Origin: Basidiobolus meristosporus CBS 931.73
Taxonomy: Eukaryota; Fungi; Basidiobolomycota
Assembly: GCA_002104905.1 (NCBI GenBank)
Contig: MCFE01000087.1
Coordinates: 1 to 64,000, forward strand
Reading direction: 5' to 3'
DNA length: 64,000 bases
A program made the position numbers and the translations under genes. The notes under the pieces are model-generated. The model made no database searches and was not told where the DNA came from. It saw only the letters and a list, made by a program, of their open reading frames with translations. Below are positions 51,204 through 61,880 of this stretch, piece by piece. Every line of letters starts with the position of its first letter. Position 1 is the stretch's first letter.

Positions 51204-54200
51204 TGTTATGAAATCCAGGCCAGTTCCCCTCCTTCTGTTTGGTGTAACAAGGTCTGTCCTTTATTTTAGCGTAGGATCTACTTTTTATACATTTCTCAAT
51301 CATTTGCATACAACTTGTCTTACTTTAGCCCATCAGTCTTTGATCATCTTTGATGATTTTTGGTGTTGACGCATCTCTATATGCAACAACTTGCTGCCTG
51401 TTCTGGTTGGGATTCAGACTTTCATAACATTTTCCCCTTCTTCAATTGATTCTTCTCCTGAAGAATCCTCGTCTTTATGGTACCAAACCTTCTTTTTGGG
51501 GAATGGTCCGCCTTGCAATGCTATTTTTAGTCTGTCTTGGTGGACTAGCGTTTTCTGAACTTGGCCACTCATATCTACGAGCTGATATGTTGAGAATGGC
51601 ATTATTCTACTTACAACAAATGGGCCCATCTAGTACGGTTGAAACTTCTTGTGGTCCTCCTTTTGTATTAGAACCTTTGTTCCAACTTCCAGCTCTTGGT
51701 CACCTACATTTTTATCGTATCGCAATTTCATTTGTTGACCTTGACTTTCAAGTCTTTTTATCACTTCCTCTTGCTTGTGGCCTAACGCCTCCAATTCTTG
51801 TATTCTCCATTCTGCTTTATTGTATTCATTGTTGAGATTCCAGAGGTTTGGCCGTACTGTGTCACCTGGGATTTTTGGCTCTTGTCCATATACTAAGTAG
51901 AAGGGTGTATACCCTGTAGGTACATGGCATCATATTTGACACGCAAAAAGTGCCTGTTGCACGGATTCATCCTGTTTGTGGCATGCACCTTGGACATAGG
52001 TTGTTAGCATTCTACAAAACAACCCATTAAAACGTTCATTCACCCCATTAGTTCTAGGGTGAAATGCCAATGTTTTTAAGTGTTTAATTCCTTGCATCCT
52101 AACATAGCTTCCCATTACGCCTTCAATAAAGTTTTGCCCTCTTTTGGTAAGTATTTCTTCTGGGCAACCAAACTGTAACAGTATTTCTTCATACAGGAAC
52201 GTAGCTACCTCTTTTGCTGTAGCTCTTCTTATTGCTTTAGCAATTGGCCACTTTGTGGTGTGGTTTATAGCAGTTAGTATCCATTTGTTACCCTTTTTGT
52301 TTCTGGCAACCTTCCAATGAAGTTTAAACTCCACCAACTAAATGCTGGGACTTGTGGTAATGGGTGAAGTTGTGCCTCTTGTTTTCTTCCCGGCGTGGCT
52401 AACTGACAGTTGGGGCAGAACCAAATAACTTTTGCAATATCTTGAGTCATATTTGGCCACCAGGCTTGAGGCTTCAGTTAGTTTAAGACTCCTTGCACTC
52501 CTAAATGGCCATATGCCTGATGATATTTGCAGATTAGATCTGCGCGCAATATATGTGGGCAAAACAGGATTTCTGGGTCTTGTATTTTTCTGTACAAAAC
52601 TTCTTCATTTATGCAAAACTTGTCTGCTTCCTGTCTTACTAATTCTTTAACTTCTGCAGGGATCTCTTCTGGGAAGGTTTGCTCCTGTAGGTATTGAGGT
52701 ATTAGAGTTGGCCAATCCAACACATCTATCATGAGGATTGTGCTTTCTATTATCTGTTCTTGTGTCTCCTCTTCCATCCTGGAGAGTGCATCGGCTACTT
52801 TATTTGAGCTACCTTTTATGTAGGTGATCTCAAAATTGAATTGTTGCAAGTATTCTATCCAACGCAGCATTCTTCTTGATAAGGTTTTTTGTGTATTAAC
52901 AAATCTTAGACTTGCATGATATGTCTGGATAATACACTTTTTTCCTTCTTGGTAGCATCGCCACACTTTCAAACAAACAATTATTGCCAATAACTCTTTT
53001 TCGTGTGTTGGATAATTATGTTCTGCTGCTGAGAGTTTTCTACTTTTGAACGCAATTGGATGCTCCTGTTTGTCCTGATATTGTGACAGTACTCCCCCTA
53101 CGGCCCATAGTGAAGCATCGGTTGTTAAATAGAAGGTTTTTGAATAATCCGGGCTTTTCAACACTGGGGCGTTTACTAATGCAACCTTCAACTGTTGGAA
53201 TGCAACTTCACATATTTTTGACCAAGTGCACATCCTTTCTTGCTTTAGTAAGTCCATCAGTGGCGCTGCTATCTGTGCAAAGCCTGCTATAAACTTTTGG
53301 TAATATGATGCTAACCCTAGAAACAATTGTAGCTTGGTTATCGAGTTTGGGTATGGCCACTCTTCTATTATCTTTACTTACTTATTGTCAACTTTCAGGC
53401 CTTCTGTGGTAATCACATGTCCTAAATATTCAATTTCTTTTGTATTGAACTGACATTTTTCCTTGTTTGCTACTGATTTTTCTCTTTGCAAAATATCAAA
53501 GACAATTCACAGATGGTCTTGATGTTCTGCTAGTGTTTTGCTATATATTAATATATCATCTAGGTATACTAATATAAATTGATCTAGATATTGATGAAAA
53601 ATGCTATTCATCAATGTCATAAAGGTGGCTAGTGCGTTGGTGAGTCCAAAACTCATTACCACAAACTTGTAATGGCTGTAGCATGTGCAAAATGCTGTTT
53701 TCTCAATATCACCTTCTTGAATTCAGATTTGGTAGTAGCCACCTTTCAGATCTATCTTTGAAAACACCCTTGCACCATTCAGGTTGTCAAACAGTTTGTC
53801 AATTTGGGGGAGTGGGCACTTGTTTTTGATTGTTGCTGAATTTAGGGCTTGATAGTCCACACACAAACAAAGAGACCCCTCCTTCTTCTTAACAAACAAT
53901 ACCGGTGCTTCAAACAGCAATTTACTTGGTCTTATATAACCTTTCTCTAACAATTCAGCTAATTGTTTTTTTAATTCTTGTAGCCCCAATGGACTCATCC
54001 AGTAAGGCTGTTTTGACACCAGTGAGCTGTTTTCTAGATAAATCTTGTGATCCACACTTCTTTTTGGTGGTGAGCCTTTGAGTACTCTGAACACATCTTG
54101 GTACTCATCCAAGATACTTTGGATATCCTGCATGTTGTTGGTTTACTTGGTGTCTTCATCTAGAATGCTGTATATAAATTCAACATTGCTTTTGTCTACT

Positions 54201-54901
54201 TTCCTTGCTGCTTTAGAAAGTTGTGACTTTCTAATTACAAGTACCTCCTCTTCTTTTAGCAGTTCTGTGTTTGGTTTACAGATTACCTGCCACCTCCCTT
54301 CCTTATATACTGCCACTTCTTGCATTTGCCAATTGATGACAGGATTTTGTTTGTACAATTTTAGAATTTTAGGTATTTTTCAACCTGAAAATCCAAGAAT
54401 CCACATTTGACTTCCCATCAAATGTATCAGGCTTAGCTAACTTTACATGACCGGATTCCAAACTTCCATATGCCTTCAGAATATCTTCTTTAGTAGGCAA
54501 CTCTTCCTGTGCACTATACTGTGCTTTTAGCCACTGGTTCTCTTCTTTCAATTCTTGTAATTGCTCTTGCAGCAATGCATTAATGTCTTCACCAGGGCTG
54601 CTTTCTTTAGTACTCTTGCTAGTACTCATTTTCTTGTAGTTTGGAGGATTATTTGTTGTTTTGCTGCTACCAAATGTTATGAAATGCAGGCCAGTTCCTG
54701 TCCTTCTGTTTGGTGTAACAAGGTCTGTCCTTTATTTTAGCGTAGGATCTACTTTTTATACATTTCTGGATCATTTGCACACAACTTGTCTTACTTTAGC
54801 CCATCAGTCTTTGATCATCTTTGATGATTTTTGGTGTTGACGCATCTCTATATGCAACAACTTGCTGCCTGATTCTGGTTGCAATTCAGACTTTCATAAC
54901 A
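51204..54901 (-). mobile_element. Degenerate Ty3/gypsy element C (LTRs 54675-54901 and 51204-51429; gag N-term, RT, RNase H, IN; gag core and PR deleted)
   Basis: Paired LTRs of 226/227 bp; PBS TGGTAGCAGCAA (54661-54672); PPT GAAGAAGGGGAAA; RT YLDD region; RH TDASLWAVGGVL; stops and frameshifts. Confidence 0.92.
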
Positions 54902-54907
54902 AAAATA

Positions 54908-55234
54908 TGTTACATACTTAAAGAGTAATGTCCTTTAGAGAGTACAAAAAGGGATAATGTGTATGTTATCTTGTAGATTTGATGGGGTAGTGTAAGAATA
55001 TCTCTTTAAAAGGTTAGGGGGGTGACTTTGTAGAAATATATTCAAGCTAATATTTGTTCCTACTACACTCTTCTGCCTATAACCAAAACTCCCTTTTTAT
55101 TTAGTTGTTTGTTTGGTATTTATACCTTATTGTGAGTCTGGTGATTTGTCTTTGATTTGCTTTTCCCTGGCTACTAAGTCATCTTTGTATGCGTTGATAT
55201 CACTTAACATCGAGTGACTCTTTACTCTGTAACA
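54908..55234 (-). mobile_element. Solo LTR type A with 5-bp TSD AAATA
   Basis: AAATA at 54903-54907 and 55235-55239; ends 10 bp upstream of tRNA copy 12. Confidence 0.9.
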
Positions 55235-55244
55235 AAATACAGAG

Positions 55245-55315
55245 GCGCCGTTAGTACAGTGGTAGAATTGAAGCTTCCCAAGCTTTAGCCCCGGGTTCGA
55301 TTCCCGGACGGCGCA
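55245..55315 (+). tRNA. tRNA-Gly(CCC) copy 12
   Basis: Identical consensus 71-nt sequence. Confidence 0.95.
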
Positions 55316-55881
55316 ACGATCTTTTGCTCCCGTTTACGGGCACTCCAAATGTTGTGTTTTGATGGATATGATATACTCTTGGTTGTACGGTATTCATTTT
55401 CGGAGAAACTGTAAAATCACCAGTGGATCAAAGCCTAGTTGGGTGATCTCAGCATTGACCCGTTCGTGCTCAAAATACACCAACTTCATTTTTCTTGTCG
55501 ATCACATAGCTCCTTCAAGATTCGGAATGATTTCTGCTATTATTGTGGGTTTCCGCAATATTTCCTAGTTTTAGGGCTCTGATGGAACTTGTGCTCAGTT
55601 GATCCTTAAGTTTACCGGAATACCAAGGCCACTCCGCTCTTTAACCCACTACTCTATTACAAACATACACATTTCGACCTATTATTTCAATTGGTCCAGT
55701 GTGTTTTCGGAAGATTGATGATTCATAAATTTAAATCTCTTCACTTTGATAGTACGGAAAACCGGCATTGAAATGGTACAAGTGCATGGATTCCCTTCTA
55801 CTGGAAATTCTGAAGTTGCTCCAAAATTTGGGAGGTAGTGTGACGGTTTGAGGAATGCCATTGATTAAATGAAAAAGGTGA

Positions 55882-55952
55882 TGCGCCGTCCGGGAATCGA
55901 ACCCGGGGCTAAAGCTTGGGAAGCTTCAATTCTACCACTGTACTAACGGCGC
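55882..55952 (-). tRNA. tRNA-Gly(CCC) copy 13
   Basis: Identical consensus 71-nt sequence. Confidence 0.95.
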
Positions 55953-55963
55953 CTCTGTATTTG

Positions 55964-58356
55964 TGTTGCAAAATTGTTTATTGACGTCAAGTTAGGTGTT
56001 CCAAAATTTTCAAGAGTCAAGAGGGTTGTTCTGGGTTTCTGGGCATCTGTCCTAACGGTACCTTGAGTTGGTTAATAAATACTGTGTTACTTGGCTGAGG
56101 CTTGATCCTAATCTGGCTTGCATGCTAAGCCCTTAACGGGCGATATTGTAACATACCCCCAATCTTGAGAGGATTCTACTTCGTAAGAATCATCCGCAGG
56201 ATACCAGAACTTGGAGGGCAACGGCTGGTTCTGGTCTAAGCACGCTATCTTGAGTTGTTCCTGGTGAACAAGGTCTTTCTTAACTGCTCCTTGTGGAGAG
56301 GCCAGCTGAAAAGTATGAAATGGTCGAGCCTCTTTGATGATGTAAGGTCCTGTCCAAAGTGGGTCGAATTTCTTGCGCTTGTTGTTCTTTAGTAGTACCC
56401 ATATTCCTGCTTTGAGTTGTGCATTGTTGACTTTTTCTTCTTGTCGTTTCTTCATGTTTGTTGCTTGATTTACAAGGTTTCTTGTGGCGTCGAACCTTGC
56501 GTGTCCCAATGCATCCAGTTCGCGTCTTCGAAATTCCTCGTAATCTTCGTTATTGTCTAGCTTCCATAGGTTGGGTGGTAATAAGTCTCCCGGGATCTTT
56601 GGCTCTACTCCGTAGACTAAGTAGAAGGGCGACTTGCCTGTGGCATAGTGATTTCGAATTCTGCAGGCAAATAGAGCTTGGTGGATGAACTCGTCCCATT
56701 TGTGCGTGGCGCCTTGCACGTATGTGGTTGGTATTTTTCCAAATAAGCCGTTAAAACGCTCGTTAGCTCCATTGGTTCTAGGGTGGTATGCGGATGTCTT
56801 GAGATGCTTAACTTTCATTTTTTCCAGATAGGAGTTCAGTACTCTGTCCATGAAATTTGTCCCTCGGTCTGTCAATATTTCTACGGGGCACCCAAATTGC
56901 ATGAAGATTTCGGTGTAAATAAAGTTGGCTACGGTTGTTGCATAGGCATTGGGGAGAGCCTTTGCAATACACCATTTGGTGGTGTGTTCGATTGCCGTAA
57001 GGATCCATCTGTTTCCTCTTTGTGTTGTGGGTAATTCACCAATAAAATCGAGGCTCCAACGCGTAAAAGCTGGGACGGGGTTGAGAGGATGTAACGGTGT
57101 TACAACTTTGTTCAACGGTTTGGCGAGTTGGCATTGCTGACATGTTTGAATCGCTTGTGCAATGTCTTTTCGCATTTGTGGCCACCAAGCTCGTCGTTTG
57201 ATAATGTCATAAGTTCCCTGTGAGCCTAGGTGGCCAAATCCGTTGTGCATCTTATTGATAGTATCGGCTCGAAATACATGCGGAAGGTATGGTACGGGGC
57301 CGATGTTTTCTAGATGTCGATACAGTACTTCATCTTCTCCAAACGAGAACTTGTGGGCTTTGCTTTTTAGGATATCTTGTATCTCCGTAGGTAGGTCAGC
57401 TGGGATGGTACCGGACGACAGGCATTCTGGTAGGTAACTGGGCCAATCGTGCCGTTGGTCAAGGGTGTTAATAGGTTGCAGGTTGTGGTGTCGTGATAAG
57501 GCATCTGCTGTTGTCATGGCTTCAATGAGGGTTTTGGGGTCCCGGTATTCTACTTCGTGTCGCGTCTGAGGTCGGAGTCCTTGGAGGTAGTATTCTTTCT
57601 GCTCGGCGTCTGGCATGTCGGGAATTTCGAGCATTAGCAGACTGAATTGTTGGTTGTATTCTGTTACTGATTTTGTTTGGTTTAATTTGTACAACTTGTC
57701 ACGGGCGTTCTGTACGGAGTTGACAGGTATGAATTGTTTACGTAAGGCCGTGGTGAATTCGTCCCAGGTATTGATACTTGGGAGTATTCTACGACTAATT
57801 CCTTGGTTATGGAGTTTCCACCATAGTGTTGCTTCTTTTCGAAAAAAGGAGGTTGCGTACTGAATTTTGAATAAGTCAGGGTCATTTGAAAAGGCCAGAT
57901 ATTGCTCCATCTCAAAGATCCAAGTTTCGAGTGTCATGGCTTGCTTTGTTCCATCAAAAGTGTTTGGTTTTGCTAATTTCAAGGTGTTTCCTACAACTGG
58001 TCTGTTCACTGGTTGTGTACTAGATGTAGATAGTCGGAATAATTGTTTTTCCATCTGATCAATGTATGCTTCCATATCTTCGACCGATTCAAATTTGGGG
58101 CGGGACATGTCTGTTGTGCTAATTTCAAGGCTTGGGAGGTGTCAAGAAGGTAATGTTTGTCGCTGCTACCAGTATGTTACGGAATTGTTTATTGAGGTCA
58201 AGTCAGGTGTTCCGGGATTCTCAAGAGTCAAGAGGGTTGTTCTGGGCCCCTGTCCTAACGGTACCTTGAGTTGGTTAATAAATACTGTGTTACTTGGCTG
58301 AGGCTTGATCCTAATCTGGCTTGCATGCTAAGCCCTTAATGGGCGATATTGTAACA
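55964..58356 (-). mobile_element. Short LTR retrotransposon F (LTRs 58175-58356 and 55964-56153), non-autonomous gag-IN type
   Basis: TG...CA LTRs; PBS TGGTAGCAGCG at 58161-58171; G-rich PPT GATTGGGGGTA next to the 3' LTR; 11 bp from tRNA copy 13. Confidence 0.92.
56108..58108 (-). CDS. Intact 666-aa Gag-integrase fusion ORF
   Basis: Gag (KLAKPNTFDG, QTKSVTEYNQQF, YYLQGLRP), then HHCC (HNGFGH...CQQC), WSLDFIG / ILTDRGTNF / NGANERFNG (D,D35E) and WTGPY. No PR, RT or RH motifs. Confidence 0.9.
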   Translation of the reverse strand: MSRPKFESVEDMEAYIDQMEKQLFRLSTSSTQPVNRPVVGNTLKLAKPNTFDGTKQAMTLETWIFEMEQYLAFSNDPDLFKIQYATSFFRKEATLWWKLHNQGISRRILPSINTWDEFTTALRKQFIPVNSVQNARDKLYKLNQTKSVTEYNQQFSLLMLEIPDMPDAEQKEYYLQGLRPQTRHEVEYRDPKTLIEAMTTADALSRHHNLQPINTLDQRHDWPSYLPECLSSGTIPADLPTEIQDILKSKAHKFSFGEDEVLYRHLENIGPVPYLPHVFRADTINKMHNGFGHLGSQGTYDIIKRRAWWPQMRKDIAQAIQTCQQCQLAKPLNKVVTPLHPLNPVPAFTRWSLDFIGELPTTQRGNRWILTAIEHTTKWCIAKALPNAYATTVANFIYTEIFMQFGCPVEILTDRGTNFMDRVLNSYLEKMKVKHLKTSAYHPRTNGANERFNGLFGKIPTTYVQGATHKWDEFIHQALFACRIRNHYATGKSPFYLVYGVEPKIPGDLLPPNLWKLDNNEDYEEFRRRELDALGHARFDATRNLVNQATNMKKRQEEKVNNAQLKAGIWVLLKNNKRKKFDPLWTGPYIIKEARPFHTFQLASPQGAVKKDLVHQEQLKIACLDQNQPLPSKFWYPADDSYEVESSQDWGYVTISPVKGLACKPD

Positions 58357-58358
58357 AT

Positions 58359-58515
58359 TGCCACCGAGTAAAGAGTCACTCGATGTTAAGTGACATCAAG
58401 ACGACTCAGTAGCCTGGGAAAAGTAAAAGAGACAAATCACCAGACTCACAATAAGGTGTAAATACCAATCAAATAAAGTTCAAGTTTGGTTAGAAGTAGG
58501 AAGAGCGGTAGAAAC
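58359..58515 (+). mobile_element. Truncated LTR type A
   Basis: TGCCACCGAGTAAAGAGTCACTCGATGTTAAGTGAC matches the LTR-A start; 2 bp from LTR-F. Confidence 0.75.
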
Positions 58516-58757
58516 GATTATGAGTTGTGCAGCTACTGCTCGCCTTGTATTTCAGATGGCAGGAATCGAACAAGCAATTCGCGAGGTAGTGGTACAGTGT
58601 AAAGATGAAGATTTATTAGGATGGATATCAGGCATTGACAGGCTACGTCGTGAGTATATATATAATATGAATGTTCGTCTGCAAGTATACAAGTGATGTA
58701 TACCCAGGTTGATTGGTTGAGATGCTACAAGAATTACATACTCAGTGGTGAGAGGAA

Positions 58758-61186
58758 TCAGTCGGATCCAAGGTTACTAGCACCCAAAGTGGTGATCACC
58801 TTGATGATATCTTCGGGTGAATCCACATGCCACAAAGCCTGTGTCTTCTTGTTAGCACTACCAATGGTGACTGGGAAGCTTGCCGACTCGGGTAGCTCAG
58901 CTTTCCTCAATGCACGGAACATATCCTCGTCTGTTTTGTCGTCACCCGCACAGAAAACGAAGTCGCAATCGGTGGTCGCTTTGACAAGCCGCTTAACAAT
59001 CTCCCCTTTGTTGATGGATACAGGTCGGACCTCCAGGTTCTTCTTCCCCACCAGGATCTCTACTGGCAATTTCGATACGACCGCGTTTTCAAGGTGGTTT
59101 TGGCATTCTTTAGCTTGGAAGGAGCCATACTCCGGGTCGGCCATTCTATAATGCCATGTCAGAGAGCACAGCTTATGCTCAATGAATGAGCCTTGCGTAC
59201 GCTCAGTGTAATACGTGAAGATCGCCAGCACATCGTTTTTCCAAGAAAGGTCCAAGTCTTCGGTCAGGTTAATCCATTTACTCTTGTTTTCCGGGTCCGG
59301 ATACTTAATGAAGCAACCGTGTTCCGCACTCAATCCAAGGTTGGGGACGCCACCTAGCCATTCATCCAATGCAGCCTGATCACGTCCAGAGATGACCCAG
59401 ACGATATTGTGAGGGTCGCTTGTCAGCTTCCGCAGTCCGTCAAGCATCTCTGGGGACGGGAGAGCAGCGCCAGGCGTCTTACGAATAGCAGTCAAAGTAC
59501 CATCGTAATCGAAGAGAAGGAGTCTCTTCTTGGAGGACTGGTATTGCTTCACCACAAGGTCTACGTTTAGGAATGGTGTAGGTGCGGAATGGTCTCCAGA
59601 GGCGGAGAGAATCCGGAGTTCCTTGATGAAGTTATTGGCCCAGAACTTGGCAGTGTGTGAAGAGACGTGATTATAGAGGAGCAAGTGTTTGATTTGCTTG
59701 TCCTCTGAGGACATTGTGAGTGCCTCGTTGATCGAGTCGGCGACTCCCGCGTAGTCCCATGGATTAACCAAGATCGCGCCGCTGAGAGACCCGGCGGTAC
59801 CGGTGAATTCACTTAGAATAAGAGGGCCATGGTTCTCTTTTTGGCAGATAACATATTCTTGCGAGGTGGTATTCATGCCATCTCTGACCGAGGTGATCAG
59901 GCCAATGTCCGACAGTCTCAGCAGAGCATAGAACTCCTCTCGATCGATATGAGAGTTGAAGTGATGGACAGGCGTGAACTCCAGAGAGCCGTAGGTGCCG
60001 TTGATCCGCGAGATCACCTCGGAGACCTTGGACTCCAGCTTAGGAGATTCCCGTTGAGGTGGTGTGGTGATTTGGATTAGGACCACCTCGTTTCTCCACT
60101 GGGGATATCTTTCCAGGAACTTCTCGAACGCATAAAGCTTCTGTAACACCCCGGTAACCCTGTCCATCTTGTCTCTGCCAATAATAATCTTCTTGTTCTC
60201 GTACATCTCCCGAATGGCCTTCATCTTTTCAATCACCCCGGGAGAGTTTCGGTTGGCCTCTACACTCTTGACGTCTATACCAATAGGGTAGGTTCCCACA
60301 GTAACATAGCCGCCATGGTAGTCGACCCCAGTGGGAGTGGACTCCAGGCCTAGCACTCTTGTACAGCTACTGATGAAATGTCTGGCATAGGAATACGTCT
60401 GGAAACCAATTTGGTTGGCCCCAAGCATGCCCTCCAGAATTTCTTGGCGCTTGGGAGAGCTACGGAAGATCTCCGAACTAGGGAATGGTGAGTGAAGGAA
60501 GAAACCAATGATCGCATCTGGAATTGCTTGGCGGATCATCCTGGGCACAAGGATTAGATGGTAATCATGAATCCAAATAATGTCGCCTGGCTTGTAGATC
60601 TCCTTGACAGTATCGGCGAACTTTTGGTTGACTTTGACATAATTCGCCCAGTCCTGTGCTTCGCGCGTACCGTGGCCTACGGAGTCCCATAAGATATAGT
60701 GAAGTAAGGGCCATAAATCTAGGAAAATCAGTTAGAAATCGGTTCGCTTGCCAGAGACGCTCAACTGCACGTACCGGTTTTGCAGTACCCCTCATAATGG
60801 CCTGCCGCTTCCTTTTCATCCAGGAATACGGGGAGTAGTTTCTCACTCTCCCACAAGAATTTCTTGAGGGTCTGTTGGTGGTTAGGAGACAAGAAATTCG
60901 AGTCCAGTATATCTCCGTTGACGTCCTTTATATCGCCAACACAGCCTACGTGGATGCATTCTTCGGTCTCCTCAAGTGACCGTAAACCAGCATACATGGC
61001 GCTGTGGCCTCTTCTGGGAGCAATTTTCCACTTTGTCTCAGGTGGAGAGGTGGAGAGGACCTTCTCATCCCCGTGTTTGCTCTCCTTCTGGACCTGCCCC
61101 TCGAAACAGCATGCGTGAGGTAGGAAGTGTGTTAGGGTGATAATGCGGCCCTTGGGTTGGTCAGGGAGGGTTTTTTTGGCTGTCAT
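58758..61186 (-). CDS. TPS2: Trehalose-6-phosphate phosphatase (TPS-like + HAD domains), 2 exons
   Basis: WIHDYHL, FFLHSPFPSSEIFR, RDGMNTTSQEY, LLLFDYDGTL, SAEHG, AGDDKTDEDMF. Confidence 0.95.
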
Positions 61187-61880
61187 TTGGTAAAGTGTAA
61201 GGAGATTAGGGAGGAATAATTAGAGCAGAGACAAGAATAGTAACCAACGTCAGCAGCAGCAATGGTATATATATCGGTAGAGGCAGATGCCCTCGACTTG
61301 CCCAAACTGGATCATTTATCAAGTTAAATTTCTCGGTTTGTTGGAATCCTTTCTAGATTTGGACTAATAATTGTGGCATTTGGATGGGATTCCATTAGCG
61401 CTCATCGAGATTTTGCTCGCGACGTCTTTGAAAGCACGCTCACGTCATTTATCTAAAAGCGCATCAACGCCAACGTCACTTTGAAAAGCCACCCCGGACT
61501 ATCATGCTAATCAGAGCTTATCCAGCATCGATACTGGCATCGAAATGGGCACAAACAAATCCATCTCTTTCCTCAATCGTATCACTTGCAGTTGTACTCC
61601 ACTGCTCTCTGCTACTACACTACCTTGCTAAATAAGTCACACCAATGACATCAGGGAGGTTCGGAGTTTGGGTGTTGATTTTTCATTCTAGCAAGATCTG
61701 GAAGTGATTCCTGACTTACCCAAATTGGCCAGAACTAGCTTATGTCATAGTAATTTATTATCATCATCTTGGAATGATGTAAAGACAACCTTAAAATGTA
61801 GGCTGCTGGGATAAGTGCCATCCTTACATAACCCAACATCATAATTGATCCCCAGAACATTAACCTTGGTTGGGATTTCG

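Larger units (their letters stand above)
55235..55963. repeat. Convergent tRNA-pair cassette, inverted duplicate of 50474-51203
   Basis: See the partner copy. Confidence 0.9.

Noticed and set aside
8317-55952. tRNA copies as a SINE family or CRISPR-like array
   Set aside because: No common 3' body, poly-A tail or encoded CCA. Each copy has its own T-run terminator, and the spacing is irregular with mixed orientation.
55960-58360. 4-bp TSD TTTG/ATTG for element F
   Set aside because: It has one mismatch and overlaps the start of the adjacent LTR-A; the only clean TSD in the window is 5 bp.
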